From positions 32,001-96,000 of the forward strand of contig CAVOUE010000009.1 in the NCBI GenBank assembly GCA_963699545.1: DNA of 64,000 nt. The letters are read 5' to 3'. The notes under the pieces are model-generated. The model was not told where the DNA came from and ran no database searches. It worked only from the letters and a program-made list of their open reading frames with translations. The position numbers were made by a program, and so were the translations under genes. Shown here piece by piece: positions 51,311 through 61,257 of the stretch; position 1 is the stretch's first letter; the number at the start of each line of letters is the position of its first letter. Origin of the DNA: Nitrospirota bacterium. Lineage in GTDB: Bacteria; Nitrospirota; Thermodesulfovibrionia; Thermodesulfovibrionales; UBA9159.

Positions 51311-51665
51311 TTAACGGAGTTGGCTCAGTATCTCCCTGAGCCTCTTCTTGACCTTCTCGACAACTTCCTTTGCAGGGGCTGGGAACAGCAGGGGTTTGCG
51401 GCTGTGCGGCTGCTTCCGGTTCGCCGAATTTCTTTCTTACGCCTTCTATGGTATATCTCTCTTCATACAGCAGTTTCTTTATCTGAAGGACCAGTTCCAG
51501 GTCCTTTTTTATATACACCCTTTGTCCCGACTTGTTCTTCCTCGGCTTCAGAAAGGAGAACTCCGTCTCCCAGTACCTCAGCACATAAGGCTCGACCTCG
51601 GCGATCTTGCTCACTTCTCCGATCTTGTAAAAAAGCTTGTCGGGAAAAGGTCTTTTCGCCGTCAT
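51311..51665 (-). CDS. MerR-family HTH regulator; frameshift near 51377
   Basis: [16 protein letters not shown]; restored end [20 protein letters not shown] stops just before the tRNA. Confidence 0.88.
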
Positions 51666-51684
51666 GATATTTTCAGCCGATGAC

Positions 51685-51975
51685 CTATGCATCTGTCTTT
51701 TCTATCAGCTCCTTAAAATGGTTGCTCGCCCTGAAAGTGATCACTCTCCTCGGCGTTATCTGAAGTTCGTCACCTGTCTTCGGGTTTCTTCCCCGCCTGG
51801 CATTCTTCTTTTTTACGTTGAATGTCCCGAAGCCGGATACTTTCACCGATTCACCTTCCACAAGCGTCACTCTGATCGTATCAAAGATCATCTCGATGAT
51901 ATTCTGGGACTCTATTTTTGAGAGCCCCACTTTTCCGAATATGATGTCTACCAGGTCAGCCTTTGTCATATCCAC
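51685..51975 (-). CDS. ihfA: Integration host factor alpha
   Basis: [22 protein letters not shown]; ihfA-merR-tRNA-Pro synteny. Confidence 0.92.
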   Translation of the reverse strand: MDMTKADLVDIIFGKVGLSKIESQNIIEMIFDTIRVTLVEGESVKVSGFGTFNVKKKNARRGRNPKTGDELQITPRRVITFRASNHFKELIEKTDA

Positions 51976-52050
51976 CTCTTATGGAATCTTTTCGCACGAA
52001 AGAGCCGCCACGGCCCACTACTGCCGGCCCCCTCATCGCTCTGTTTTTCC

Positions 52051-52126
52051 ATTATAGTAGCGACACCCTCAATTGTCAAGAGAAATCAATCACTTATTGA
52101 CAGTAGTTAATTTTTTCTGTTATCTT
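52051..52126. promoter_or_regulatory. Divergent sigma-70 promoters with central IHF site
   Basis: Minus: TTGACA(52074-79)-N17-TATAAT(52051-56). Plus: TTGACA(52097-102)..TG-n-TATCTT. AATCAA-TCAC-TTA at 52084-96. Confidence 0.7.
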
Positions 52127-52133
52127 TATCATA

Positions 52134-52934
52134 ATGAAAAAATATCTCTTTTTCTTCTTCCTGGCCAACTTTGTCTTCATTCGCTATGCATACAGTCTCG
52201 AAAGCAATTACGATGTGGAGGGCCTCAAACCCCTGGCACCGTACGGCGTATTTTCAACCTTCAGCGCAGAAAGCCTCAAGAAGGGGAAAGCAGGCGTCGC
52301 CCTAGCAGCAGGGATATCGCTGGACCCTGATTACTACCGCTTCACCGGCCAGTTCGGTTACGGGATAACCGACAACCTTGAGGTTGATGTCACCGTACCC
52401 TACGTCTTAGACTGGAATGGCTCCGTGAATGGGCCTGGGGATATCGCATTAGGCCTAAAATACAGGTTCCTGGACGAGGGGAAATACGTCCCTTCCCTCG
52501 CACTTCTGGTGAGTGGATCCTTACATACGGGGAGAAGTGAATTCAGCACGGCAGGGAGCATCGGCGGAGGAATCATCATCACAAAACGGGTGGGGCCTGT
52601 CACTGCACATGCAAATCTTTTGTATTTCAGGCCGGGCAGCGGACCGTTGACGGAGGAAATCACCTTTGCCACTGGCCTCGATTTCGCTGCATCGAACAAC
52701 TTCAAAATACTGGCTGAACTGTACGGGCAGAAGAGTTATGCCGGGAAGGTGAACCGGCTCGAACTGCGTTTTGGGTACAGGATTCCTTACCACCGAATCT
52801 CTCTATACCACGATCGGTGCGGGTACTGACATCAAGAACAGGAGCCCCGAATTCCGTCTGTTTTTGTCCTTCAGCTATCTCTTTCCCTCCGGACGAGAAG
52901 AGAGATAAAAAAGATTATTGAGCAGGAGGACTAG
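52134..52934 (+). CDS. Outer-membrane beta-barrel ('transporter'/MetA-pathway-like); frameshifted 3' end
   Basis: Signal peptide, [20 protein letters not shown], alternating beta strands that continue in another frame after about 52782. Confidence 0.65.
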
Positions 52935-53312
52935 TGTTCGACTTGGCATTCAGGAACTCATCGTGATCTTTGTTGTGGCCCTCATCGTCTTCGGCCCCAA
53001 AAGGCTGCCGGAATTGGGGAAGACCCTCGGAAAGGGGATGCTGGAACTGCGAAAGGCCATGGAGGGCGTCAGGGAACAGATGCACGCGGAATCCGAGGAC
53101 CACCCATACCCCCGAAGGGGAGCCCTGCAAGGAAGAGAGAAAAAGATGAGGGAGGTGTCGAATCAGACTCGGCATACGCAGCACCCCGGAAGGCCCTCAT
53201 GGAGCCATGACGGACAAGAGACCGAAGGGGGTGTTTCCGCGGGTTCCGAGCGGGGAAAGGATTGACCATGCCCCTGATAAGGCGGGACAGGAGAGAAAGG
53301 AAGATACGGTAG
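52934..53312 (+). CDS. tatB: TatA/TatB translocase subunit, frameshifted
   Basis: MFD(L)[25 protein letters not shown]; 3' end uncertain. Confidence 0.75.
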
Positions 53313-54100
53313 ATGACAGATGAGAAGATGCCTTTCACAGAACACCTCACCGAACTTCAGAAAAAGAATCATTATTTCTCTTGTAGCGCTTCTTGCGGGT
53401 TTTCCGTCTCATTCAGTTATTCCGAAAATATTTTCGACGTGCTCACCCTACCCCTCAGGTCAGAGATAGGGCTTCAGCATGAGTACCCCTTCGTATCGCG
53501 TTCATCCCTGCTCAAGATAAAAAATCCGACTCTTGTATTCCTTGCTCCTGCAGAGGCATTCTGGATGCATCTGAAGGTCTCCTTTGTGGTAGGGCTCATG
53601 CTTGTCCTCCCCGTCATTCTCTATCAGTTATGGAAGTTTATTTCTCCGGGACTGCTCTGCAAAGGAAAGAAAGTATATCGGTCCGTTCGTGGTAAGCGCT
53701 CGCTTCTTTTTCTTGCAGGCGCTGCCTTTCTGCTTCTTCTTTGTCCTTCCCTTTGCCATGGGCTTTCTGCTGACCTACAAGATCGGCTCCATGACACCCA
53801 TGCTGTCTGTGGGTAATTATGTGGACTTCTGCCTGAAGTTCATCCTTGCCTTCGGCGCGGTGTTCGAACTTCCCATCGTCATCGTCTTTCTGACCCGTAT
53901 GGGCATCGTTACCCCAAAGACCCTCGCAAAGAACAGAAAATATGCGGTACTGCTCGCATTCATGGTCGCGGCTATACTCACGCCCACCCCTGATGCCTTC
54001 AACCAGACCCTTGATGGCCGTTCCTATCATCGTTCTCTACGAGGCCGGTATACTGGTATCAAGATTCTTCGTTGGTGCAAGAAAGGAGGAGACAGAAGAT
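53313..54100 (+). CDS. tatC: TatC, several frameshifts
   Basis: MPFTEHLTEL, PAEAF, YQLWKFISPGL, FGAVFELP, AAILTPTPD, LYEAG spread across frames. Confidence 0.88.
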
Positions 54101-54389
54101 GCCCAACGTCGAGGGCCCGTAAGAGGGAAAAGCCTGAAGATCGATACCCAGCGATATATCCGAAGGATATACCACGGTCAATCCCCTCTTTCTGAAGCCC
54201 TTTGACGCTGAAACCCTCAAGGCACTCTACCAGGAGGTAATGAAAACCCAGGCGGAGATCCGTGGTGAAAGATTTCCCTACAGTGACGTGCAGTCCATTC
54301 GGTGGAGGAACCTGAGGCTCCAGAGACTTCACACGACAGCGATGATTATCAGGACCTATGCGCGAGACAAACGCATTCCTCTTATTTGA
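54099..54389 (+). CDS. Hypothetical protein, frameshifted
   Basis: AGGAGG RBS; reconstructable MPNVEGP...EGYTTVNPLFLKPFD...RNLRLQRLH...IPLI*. Confidence 0.5.
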
Positions 54390-54430
54390 GCCCTATTTGA
54401 CACCTATGAAATCTGTGTTATTTTTGGGAC

Positions 54431-56070
54431 ATGGAAGTTTCCGAAGACATAAAGGCCGCAAAGGATGTCATTCAGGCGTTGCTGAAGGCAAAAAAGGCCG
54501 TCAGGATGTATCCTGAGAACAATCCCGTCTATAAGAAAACCATCGATGATACATTTTCGAGATTTGCAGACCTTTTCCATTACAGGGATGAACTCGAATC
54601 TGAAGATTAAACAGAATGAATATTTTTTGACGCCGAACAGGTCTACGCAAGTGCCGAGAAGGACGATAACCTCGCTCTCTTTTTCTTCAAGGACGGATCT
54701 GAGGGAATTGACGTTCAGGAAAGGGCTGTCCCAGCCAGAGATGGAGGAGTTCCTGAAGATCATCGCCCTTGACTTTGACCGAGAGGCGGTTGACGACGAT
54801 ATCGTCACGCTCTTATGGGAGAAGGATTTCCAGAACATAAAATATGTTGCTGATGACGCATTCCTTGTCGAGGATGAAGATTTTGAGAGGGCAGAAATAA
54901 ACCAGGTAAAAAGCAAAGCTGCGGAACCTGATGAGGTACTCAAGGCCTATGCCGCCGCATTCGAATCCGAGGATGTGCAAGGGAATCTCCATCGTGAACC
55001 TTACCGACAAGGATCTGCAGGTTCTCGTGAAAGAGATGGAAAAAGATACACTGGACAAGACAGGTAAGATATACCAGATACTGCTGGAGATGCTCTCCCA
55101 GGCAGAGACCGTTCCGGAATATGAGGACGTGCACAGCCTCCTCAGGGACGTATTCTTCTTATAGTCTCAAGCAAAAAAACCTAAGAATCGCTGTTGATAT
55201 CATGCAACAGACAAAGGCGTTGGCGGAAAGTCCTGTCTTTCGGACACCATTAAGCGCCAGATGAATCCTTCTGCTCGCATCCGTCAACTCTGAAGAATCA
55301 ATAAAGAGCCTGGGTGAGATGTTTGATTCGGACGCGGCCATCGATGAACAGGCAGTGAGTGAGTACACGGTGTTTCTTAACAGAACCTCCATCCCCCCTT
55401 TTATTTCGCTTCTGGGGGAACTGGAGAGTATTCATGGAAGAAAAATCGTCATTGACATACTCATTAACTTGGGCAAACATGACATTCAGGCTATTGCAAA
55501 GGGACTTCAAGACAACCGCTGGTTTGTGGTAAGGAACATTATTTATATCCTTCGCCATATAGGGGATAAAAAGGCGGTGGAATATCTGCTCGCCACCGCA
55601 AAACATACCGACGAACGGGTGAGGAAAGAGGCGATAAAGACGCTGGGAGACTTGAAGAACCCTCTCGCATTGCAGATTCTGAGAGACTGTCTCGATGACG
55701 CGGAACCGTCCATACGAAAATCCTGCGGTAAAGGCATTGGGGGCCATAGGTTCCGAGACCGCAAAACGGATAATCCTCGAAAGGGTCTCGGACAAGCCTT
55801 CAGGCACAGGATTTTGACGAAAAGAGGGACTTCTATGAGGTCTTGGCGCAATGGAATGATGCCGATGTAGTGGACTTCTTAAGAGGCACACTGAAAAAGA
55901 AAGCGCTTTTCGGAAAAGCGAATTGATGAGGAGAGGGCATGTGCTGCATACTGCCTTGGATTAATGGGGAGCAAAGACTCCCTCCCGTCCTTTCCAAGCT
56001 GAGGGATTCGAAGAATAAACTCTTGAGAGAGGTAGTGAGTGTCGCCATAAAGAAGATCGAGTATGGCTGA
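54431..56070 (+). CDS. HEAT-repeat protein, many frameshifts
   Basis: KAVRMYPENNP N-terminus; DNRWFVVRN, DERVRKEAIKTLG HEAT units in fragments. Confidence 0.72.
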
Positions 56071-57470
56071 TAGAGAAGATATCGAGATCGCGAGGAATTC
56101 GAAGGACATCATAAATCAGATCGCCGGTCATGATCCGGACGGCCCATGTTCATGATCCCGGCAATGTCGCGGTCCTGACCGCCATAGAGAGGCTCATTGC
56201 CACGGTCAATCCGCTGTAATCGGTCAGACAACAGGCTGACCCTTGAGCTCGTCGGAGAGTTCTTTTATTTGAACGAGGTAGCGGTCAGGTACTCCATGGA
56301 GTATCTCCTCAACTTCGATTTCCTTATCAGGGAATTCAAGAGGCGCGATCTCGGCAGTATCTCGATGACAGTCCGTTAACGCGGAGGATATGCAGCTCTT
56401 TGTGAAGGCCTTTCTTGAACGCACCCTTCTCCGACACTCCGTATGAGACCCTGTCGGAAGGCATCATGAACGTGGACTCCCTGACCGTCGGCCGGTTCAA
56501 GAAGGTCGAGGAAGAAGGGGAAGTTGACATGAGGAGACAGGTCAAGAGGACCTATTTCAACGCAGTTTCCTTTACCAAGGGCGTCATCAACAAGATCAAG
56601 TCGGGAGAGCGCGTCAGCATCAAGAAGGCAAAGAGGGTGGTGGAGTCGATGGTGGATATGATCCTTGAGGAAGAGGAACTCCTGGTCGGGATGACCGCCA
56701 TTAAAGACTATGACGAATACACCTATCACCATTCAGTGAATGTCAGCATCCTTTCCGTTGCCCTGGGACAGAGGATCGGCCTCAGCAGAAAGGCCCTTAC
56801 CGATCTCGGTCTGGTGGCCCTTTTCCATGACATCGGAAAGATGGAGGTTCCCCCCGAGATCCTGAATAAACCCACGAACTTCAATGATGCCGAATGGACG
56901 ATCGTCAAGAAACACCCCTTCTGGGGAGTAAGGGCCATTTTGAAACTCAAGGGACTTGATCCCACGTCCATACGGACCGCCATTGTCGCCTTTGAACACC
57001 ATCTGAACCCCGACATGTCAGGATACCCGAAGATATCCAGACCTCTTGAACTGGATTTTTATTCAAGGATCGTCAGTCTTGCCGACCAGTATGATGCGAT
57101 GACGTCTGCCCGGGTCTATTCGCGGATCCCCATGGCCCCTGACAAGGCCCTCAGCGTCATGATGGAACGGGCCGGTACACAGCTTGACCCTCTCATCTTC
57201 AAATTCTTCATAAATATGATCGGCGTATTTCCCATAGGCACTCTTGTTCTGCTGGACACTAAGGAACTCGGTCTTGTCTATGGAGGGAACACGATGTTCC
57301 AGGACAGACCCAGGGTCTTGATCATCATCGATAACACCGGCACCAGGGTCAAGGGGCATGTAGTGGACCTTACCGAAAAGGAGAGCTCCGGCATCAGGTA
57401 TCTGAGGACCATCGTAAAGACCATGGACCCGAACAAGTACCGGATAAACCTCGCGGAGTACATGCTGTAA
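56063..57470 (+). CDS. HD-GYP cyclic-dinucleotide phosphodiesterase; 5' part frameshifted
   Basis: YTYHHSVNV, HDIGK, EHH..D.SGYP, ADQYDAMTSAR. Confidence 0.88.
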
Positions 57471-57661
57471 ATCATTCTGGGAATCACTGCCAAATTTCCC
57501 ATGTTTTGCCAGTCTTGCATTTAGTCCATAATACCGTAAAATACCATTTAGGCTAATTCATGCCCCTTAATATTGCAAGCTTTTTTCTCTTCACAAGCTC
57601 TGTGGAATTGTGATACCATGTGCCGATAGGGAGAAAACACCCGCAGGGTATGGTAATTGTT

Positions 57662-58477
57662 ATGCCAACTGATAATATGACAAATAATGACAAACGCAAA
57701 TCATTATTCGAACACTTCCTTGAAGAAGCAGAACGTACTCTGATTTCAACACTTGAACATAACAAAGATATTTTCCCCTCATATTCCACGCTAATTAATC
57801 GTTATCGCGCTGCAGCTCAACATGTTTTGCAGGATGGTTTTTCCGGTCTAAGTTCATTTCACGAAGTACATAATGAAGTCTGTACGGCCGCGGTGATTCT
57901 TGAAGAAGCAAGTGTTAAGAGAGTTGAATACGAACCCCAGATTAATAACTGCCAAAAGAAATTTGATTTCCATATATCAATGCCTGACGGCTTAGTGCGA
58001 ATTATGGAGGTCAAAACGATTCATCCCATCAGCAAAGACGACTGGGCCAAATTTGAGGCCGCCGATAAGAAAGGCTGGCTTCCCGATGATACCTATTTAT
58101 TGCTGAGCGAGGGAGGACTTGGCGGAGAGCTTTATCATAATTCATATGCCGCGCGAGGCAAAATGTTAGATTACACGATGGAAATGGAAGACAAAATAGA
58201 ATTGTGTTGCCAAAATTTAGAGAAAGAAGTAACTTTTCTCGTCTTCTTTACCGATGGCTTCGATTGGCATCTGGACGAACTTGAAGATTTTGTGTTCTTC
58301 TATCGTTCAGGCAGGCATTTCCCGGGTGATCCATTTGCGTTAATGGAGGATGATTTCATCAAGAAAAAAGGCATTGTTCTCAAAAAAGTAATTCGGTATT
58401 TTTCTTGCCTCCGCCGGCCTAAAACAGAACTAAAGCCGAATAAAATTGTTTGGAATGTTATTGCGTCAGGTGATTGA
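57662..58477 (+). CDS. Hypothetical protein, possible PD-(D/E)xK nuclease fold
   Basis: AT-richer ORF; E...KKFDF..........MEVKT spacing; start uncertain. Confidence 0.6.
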   Translation: MPTDNMTNNDKRKSLFEHFLEEAERTLISTLEHNKDIFPSYSTLINRYRAAAQHVLQDGFSGLSSFHEVHNEVCTAAVILEEASVKRVEYEPQINNCQKKFDFHISMPDGLVRIMEVKTIHPISKDDWAKFEAADKKGWLPDDTYLLLSEGGLGGELYHNSYAARGKMLDYTMEMEDKIELCCQNLEKEVTFLVFFTDGFDWHLDELEDFVFFYRSGRHFPGDPFALMEDDFIKKKGIVLKKVIRYFSCLRRPKTELKPNKIVWNVIASGD

Positions 58478-58486
58478 GATAAAGAA

Positions 58487-59143
58487 ATGAAAGGCTGGGT
58501 CTACATCATAAGCAATAGGGCAATGCCTGGGATACTGAAGATCGGTTATTCTACCAAAGATCCAAAACTCCGCGCTGACGAACTTAATCATACAGGCTCA
58601 CCGCATCCATACGTTGTTGAATATGAAATGCTTATTGAAGAGCCGTATCAAATAGAACAGAGAATTCATAAGATGCTGTCTGCTGCTAAGGAAGGAAAAG
58701 AGTGGTTTCGATGTTCTGTAAAAGAAGCGATTGCAGCAATCAAAGAGATTGCAGCCACTTCATTTATCTATGAGCAATGCAGGACGGGGTTGACTGAAGA
58801 ACTTCAGGCGAGCTTAAATGAAGAACCCCAACCAATAAGCGAGCCGCAAGTTGTAGGCCGATGTCCTCAATGCCCTGGTGATGTAGTGTTAAAGACAATG
58901 GGAACATTGCAGTATCTGAAATGCACGAGATGCACCCAAGTGTTTTCAAAACACGACGAGCCCGAACAAAGCCCGATGGAAGAGCCTGAAGCAATCCCAT
59001 ATGCAAAGCCTGCGCCGATACTACCGCAACCAGTCGGTGATCGCTGTCCTCACTGTTCGGGCATGCTTTTTTCGAAGCAAATAAGTACATTGCAATACTT
59101 TAAGTGCGGGACATGTGCCAGCGTATTTCCAAAAGCAGGATAG
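58487..59143 (+). CDS. GIY-YIG/T5orf172-family domain protein with two C4 zinc ribbons
   Basis: GWVYI, LKIGYS, R..EL..TG.P.P, EWF; CPQC..CTRC and CPHC..CGTC. Confidence 0.82.
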   Translation: MKGWVYIISNRAMPGILKIGYSTKDPKLRADELNHTGSPHPYVVEYEMLIEEPYQIEQRIHKMLSAAKEGKEWFRCSVKEAIAAIKEIAATSFIYEQCRTGLTEELQASLNEEPQPISEPQVVGRCPQCPGDVVLKTMGTLQYLKCTRCTQVFSKHDEPEQSPMEEPEAIPYAKPAPILPQPVGDRCPHCSGMLFSKQISTLQYFKCGTCASVFPKAG

Positions 59144-59162
59144 CCAAATATATAAAGAAAGG

Positions 59163-59239
59163 GCATAACACCAAGCTCGACGCCGACCGGGAATAGCCCT
59201 TGTGGTTTTTCGCAGCGGTGATTGCCCCGGCGCGTCAGC
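59163..59239 (+). mobile_element. Truncated integron attC-like site
   Basis: GCATAAC-N5-GCTCGACGCCGACCGGG ... CCCGGCGCGTCAGC pairs with extrahelical bases; terminal GTT box missing. Confidence 0.6.
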
Positions 59240-59406
59240 CATCTCATTCTCCCGCTCGCTTCGCTCGCGGAAGAATGCGCAAAACTTGAGGAATATGAGG
59301 AATAAGTAGGGACACATCCCAATATCTTGTCTTTTCTCTTCGGTCTTCCAGCCGTTCTGAACGGCTGCCCCCACTTCCCTTTTTGTCAGAACCGGTTCCG
59401 CAGCTC

Positions 59407-59435
59407 TTGACTTATCATATTTGATAAGTTATTAT
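59407..59435 (+). promoter_or_regulatory. TA promoter with operator palindrome
   Basis: TTGACT-N17-TATTAT; ACTTATCA-TATT-TGATAAGT at 59410-59429. Confidence 0.75.
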
Positions 59436-59443
59436 CTTTAATA

Positions 59444-59716
59444 ATGTGGCACATTAGAGAACGTCGCACTATTGGAAAGAGGTGCTTGAAGCTGCCATTA
59501 CATGTAGTCAAGAAGTACGAACTTTGGAAGAATATTGTTTTTCGTCACGGCCCCGAAAAATTGAAAGAGTTTCCCGGGTTTCATGATGAGAAACTGAAGG
59601 GCGAGCGCAGGGGGCAACGTTCATCGCGATTAAGCGACCAATACAGGGTTATCTATGCGGTAGACCAGGACATTGTTACCGTCCATGTTCTGGAAATAAC
59701 TCCACATGAATATTAG
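59444..59716 (+). CDS. higB: RelE/HigB-family mRNA interferase toxin
   Basis: HDEKLKGERRGQRSSRLSDQYRVIY; toxin-first order. Confidence 0.82.
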   Translation: MWHIRERRTIGKRCLKLPLHVVKKYELWKNIVFRHGPEKLKEFPGFHDEKLKGERRGQRSSRLSDQYRVIYAVDQDIVTVHVLEITPHEY

Positions 59717-59725
59717 GAGGGTCAA

Positions 59726-60001
59726 ATGAAATCATCTCATGGCACATTCACTGCAGCAAAAGCCCACGCTGTTTTATCAACAGGTGAGGTCATTCGCATG
59801 CTCCGCGAATTGAAAGGTTGGACTCAGGCCGAACTTGCGCGGCGATCCGGCATCACGGTGACGAACATTAGCCTCCTGGAAAATGAAAAGGTTGAAATTG
59901 GAAAAAAGCGTGCTAAACAGCTTGCGAAAGCATTTGATGTTCATCCCGCAATAATCATGTTTCCCGAATATGAAGCAAAAGAGATCGAAAAAGCCGCTTA
60001 A
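59726..60001 (+). CDS. higA: XRE/HTH antitoxin
   Basis: LRELKGWTQAELA, ISLLEN, LAKAF; AGGAGG RBS. Confidence 0.85.
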   Translation: MKSSHGTFTAAKAHAVLSTGEVIRMLRELKGWTQAELARRSGITVTNISLLENEKVEIGKKRAKQLAKAFDVHPAIIMFPEYEAKEIEKAA

Positions 60002-60033
60002 CCTGTACCTCGACCCGACGGCAAGTAGCCCTT
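59996..60033 (+). mobile_element. Left half of a second attC-like site
   Basis: GCTTAAC (contains the higA stop)-N5-CCTCGACCCGACGGCAAGTAGCCCTT, similar to 59163-59201. Confidence 0.5.
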
Positions 60034-60046
60034 CCGATCTTCTTTT

Positions 60047-61207
60047 TTATCGTTCGCCCGATTGGTCACCCGCCTCTTGTCCGTACGCAACACACCGGTA
60101 AAGGTCCTTGCCCAGAGGATTGCCCATGAGCTCTGCCCGGTATCTGCAGCCGCCCCTGCACGTATCCCTCACCGCGCAGCGGCACTCAAGCTCATCCAGC
60201 GACACGGGCGTTATCCGGCTCCAGCAGACGCCAAGCCCTTCGTCGATGTTGCCCGCAGGAGCAGAACGGTAAAAAGCGCACTTTGCAACCATGCCGTCAG
60301 CCAGCACCGATGCGAGATGAAGTCCGCACGCGAAACCCTTACCTCCGCCGTGAAGACCCTCTCCAAAACCATATCCAAGATATCTTCCCGCCACATCCGG
60401 TTTAAGATAGAATGACGGATTATTCATCAGGTTCCCCTCGGCACAGGGGACGTCCACAGACCAGTCTTTTATGCGGAGGGTCCTGAAGAGCTTCTCCATC
60501 CCGTCGAATTCATCGAGGTTCTTCGAATGGATCATGGTGGATACGGAAACATCGAAACCGGCGTCCCGCGCAGTCTCAACGGCTTTCAGAGCCCGCTTGA
60601 ACGTCCCCGTTCCCCTGAGCGCATCATGCCCGCCTTCAAGCCCGTCAATACTCACCTGGATCTCATCCACTCCGAGACGCTTTACGCACTCCGCAGTGAG
60701 AAGGAGGCCGTTCGTAAAAAGGATCTTCCTGAACGCATACCCTGGAAGGAGTTCGTTGATTTCTGCGAAGTCACTGTGGAGAAGGGGCTCACCACCCGTG
60801 ATCAGGAGTCTCAACCCTTGCATCTTCTCAAACTCCGCAAGCACAGCCCTTATCTTCTTCGCGGGAAGCTCGACATTTTCAGGACGGCCGATATAGCAAT
60901 GTCTGCAACTGAGATTGCATTTCGTAGTTATCTGGAATTCGAGGTATCTCAGCGACGGAGCCGGGCTCTTCTCAACGGGCGGCCTTTTCGCCCTGACACT
61001 CTGGTCGGTCAGGATTCCTTCCCGCAATGTGTAGTCAAGGAATTCCCTGTCACATCCCTCAGATGAACAGCCTTCTTCATCAGCGCATCGCCGGAGGAAC
61101 GCGAAGGCTGGCCGATCAAGCTCATAGAGTTCATCAGACCACATGTTATAGACGCAGAGATGCTCAAGCTGCTTCAGTGCACAGTGCGGGGAAAGAAAAT
61201 ATCGCAT
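60047..61207 (-). CDS. Radical SAM/SPASM protein with N-terminal extension
   Basis: CNLSCRHC, TGGEPLL, C..C..C.GGC...DLYRC. Confidence 0.88.
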   Translation of the reverse strand: MRYFLSPHCALKQLEHLCVYNMWSDELYELDRPAFAFLRRCADEEGCSSEGCDREFLDYTLREGILTDQSVRAKRPPVEKSPAPSLRYLEFQITTKCNLSCRHCYIGRPENVELPAKKIRAVLAEFEKMQGLRLLITGGEPLLHSDFAEINELLPGYAFRKILFTNGLLLTAECVKRLGVDEIQVSIDGLEGGHDALRGTGTFKRALKAVETARDAGFDVSVSTMIHSKNLDEFDGMEKLFRTLRIKDWSVDVPCAEGNLMNNPSFYLKPDVAGRYLGYGFGEGLHGGGKGFACGLHLASVLADGMVAKCAFYRSAPAGNIDEGLGVCWSRITPVSLDELECRCAVRDTCRGGCRYRAELMGNPLGKDLYRCVAYGQEAGDQSGER

Positions 61208-61257
61208 AGTTTATTATAGCTCACAGGTCTCATGGCGTTTCATGGTAAAATCCCCCT

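Noticed and set aside
51300-51380. MerR ORF overlapping the tRNA-Pro gene
   Set aside because: A one-base correction in a C-run gives a helical C-terminus ending at 51311, outside the tRNA.
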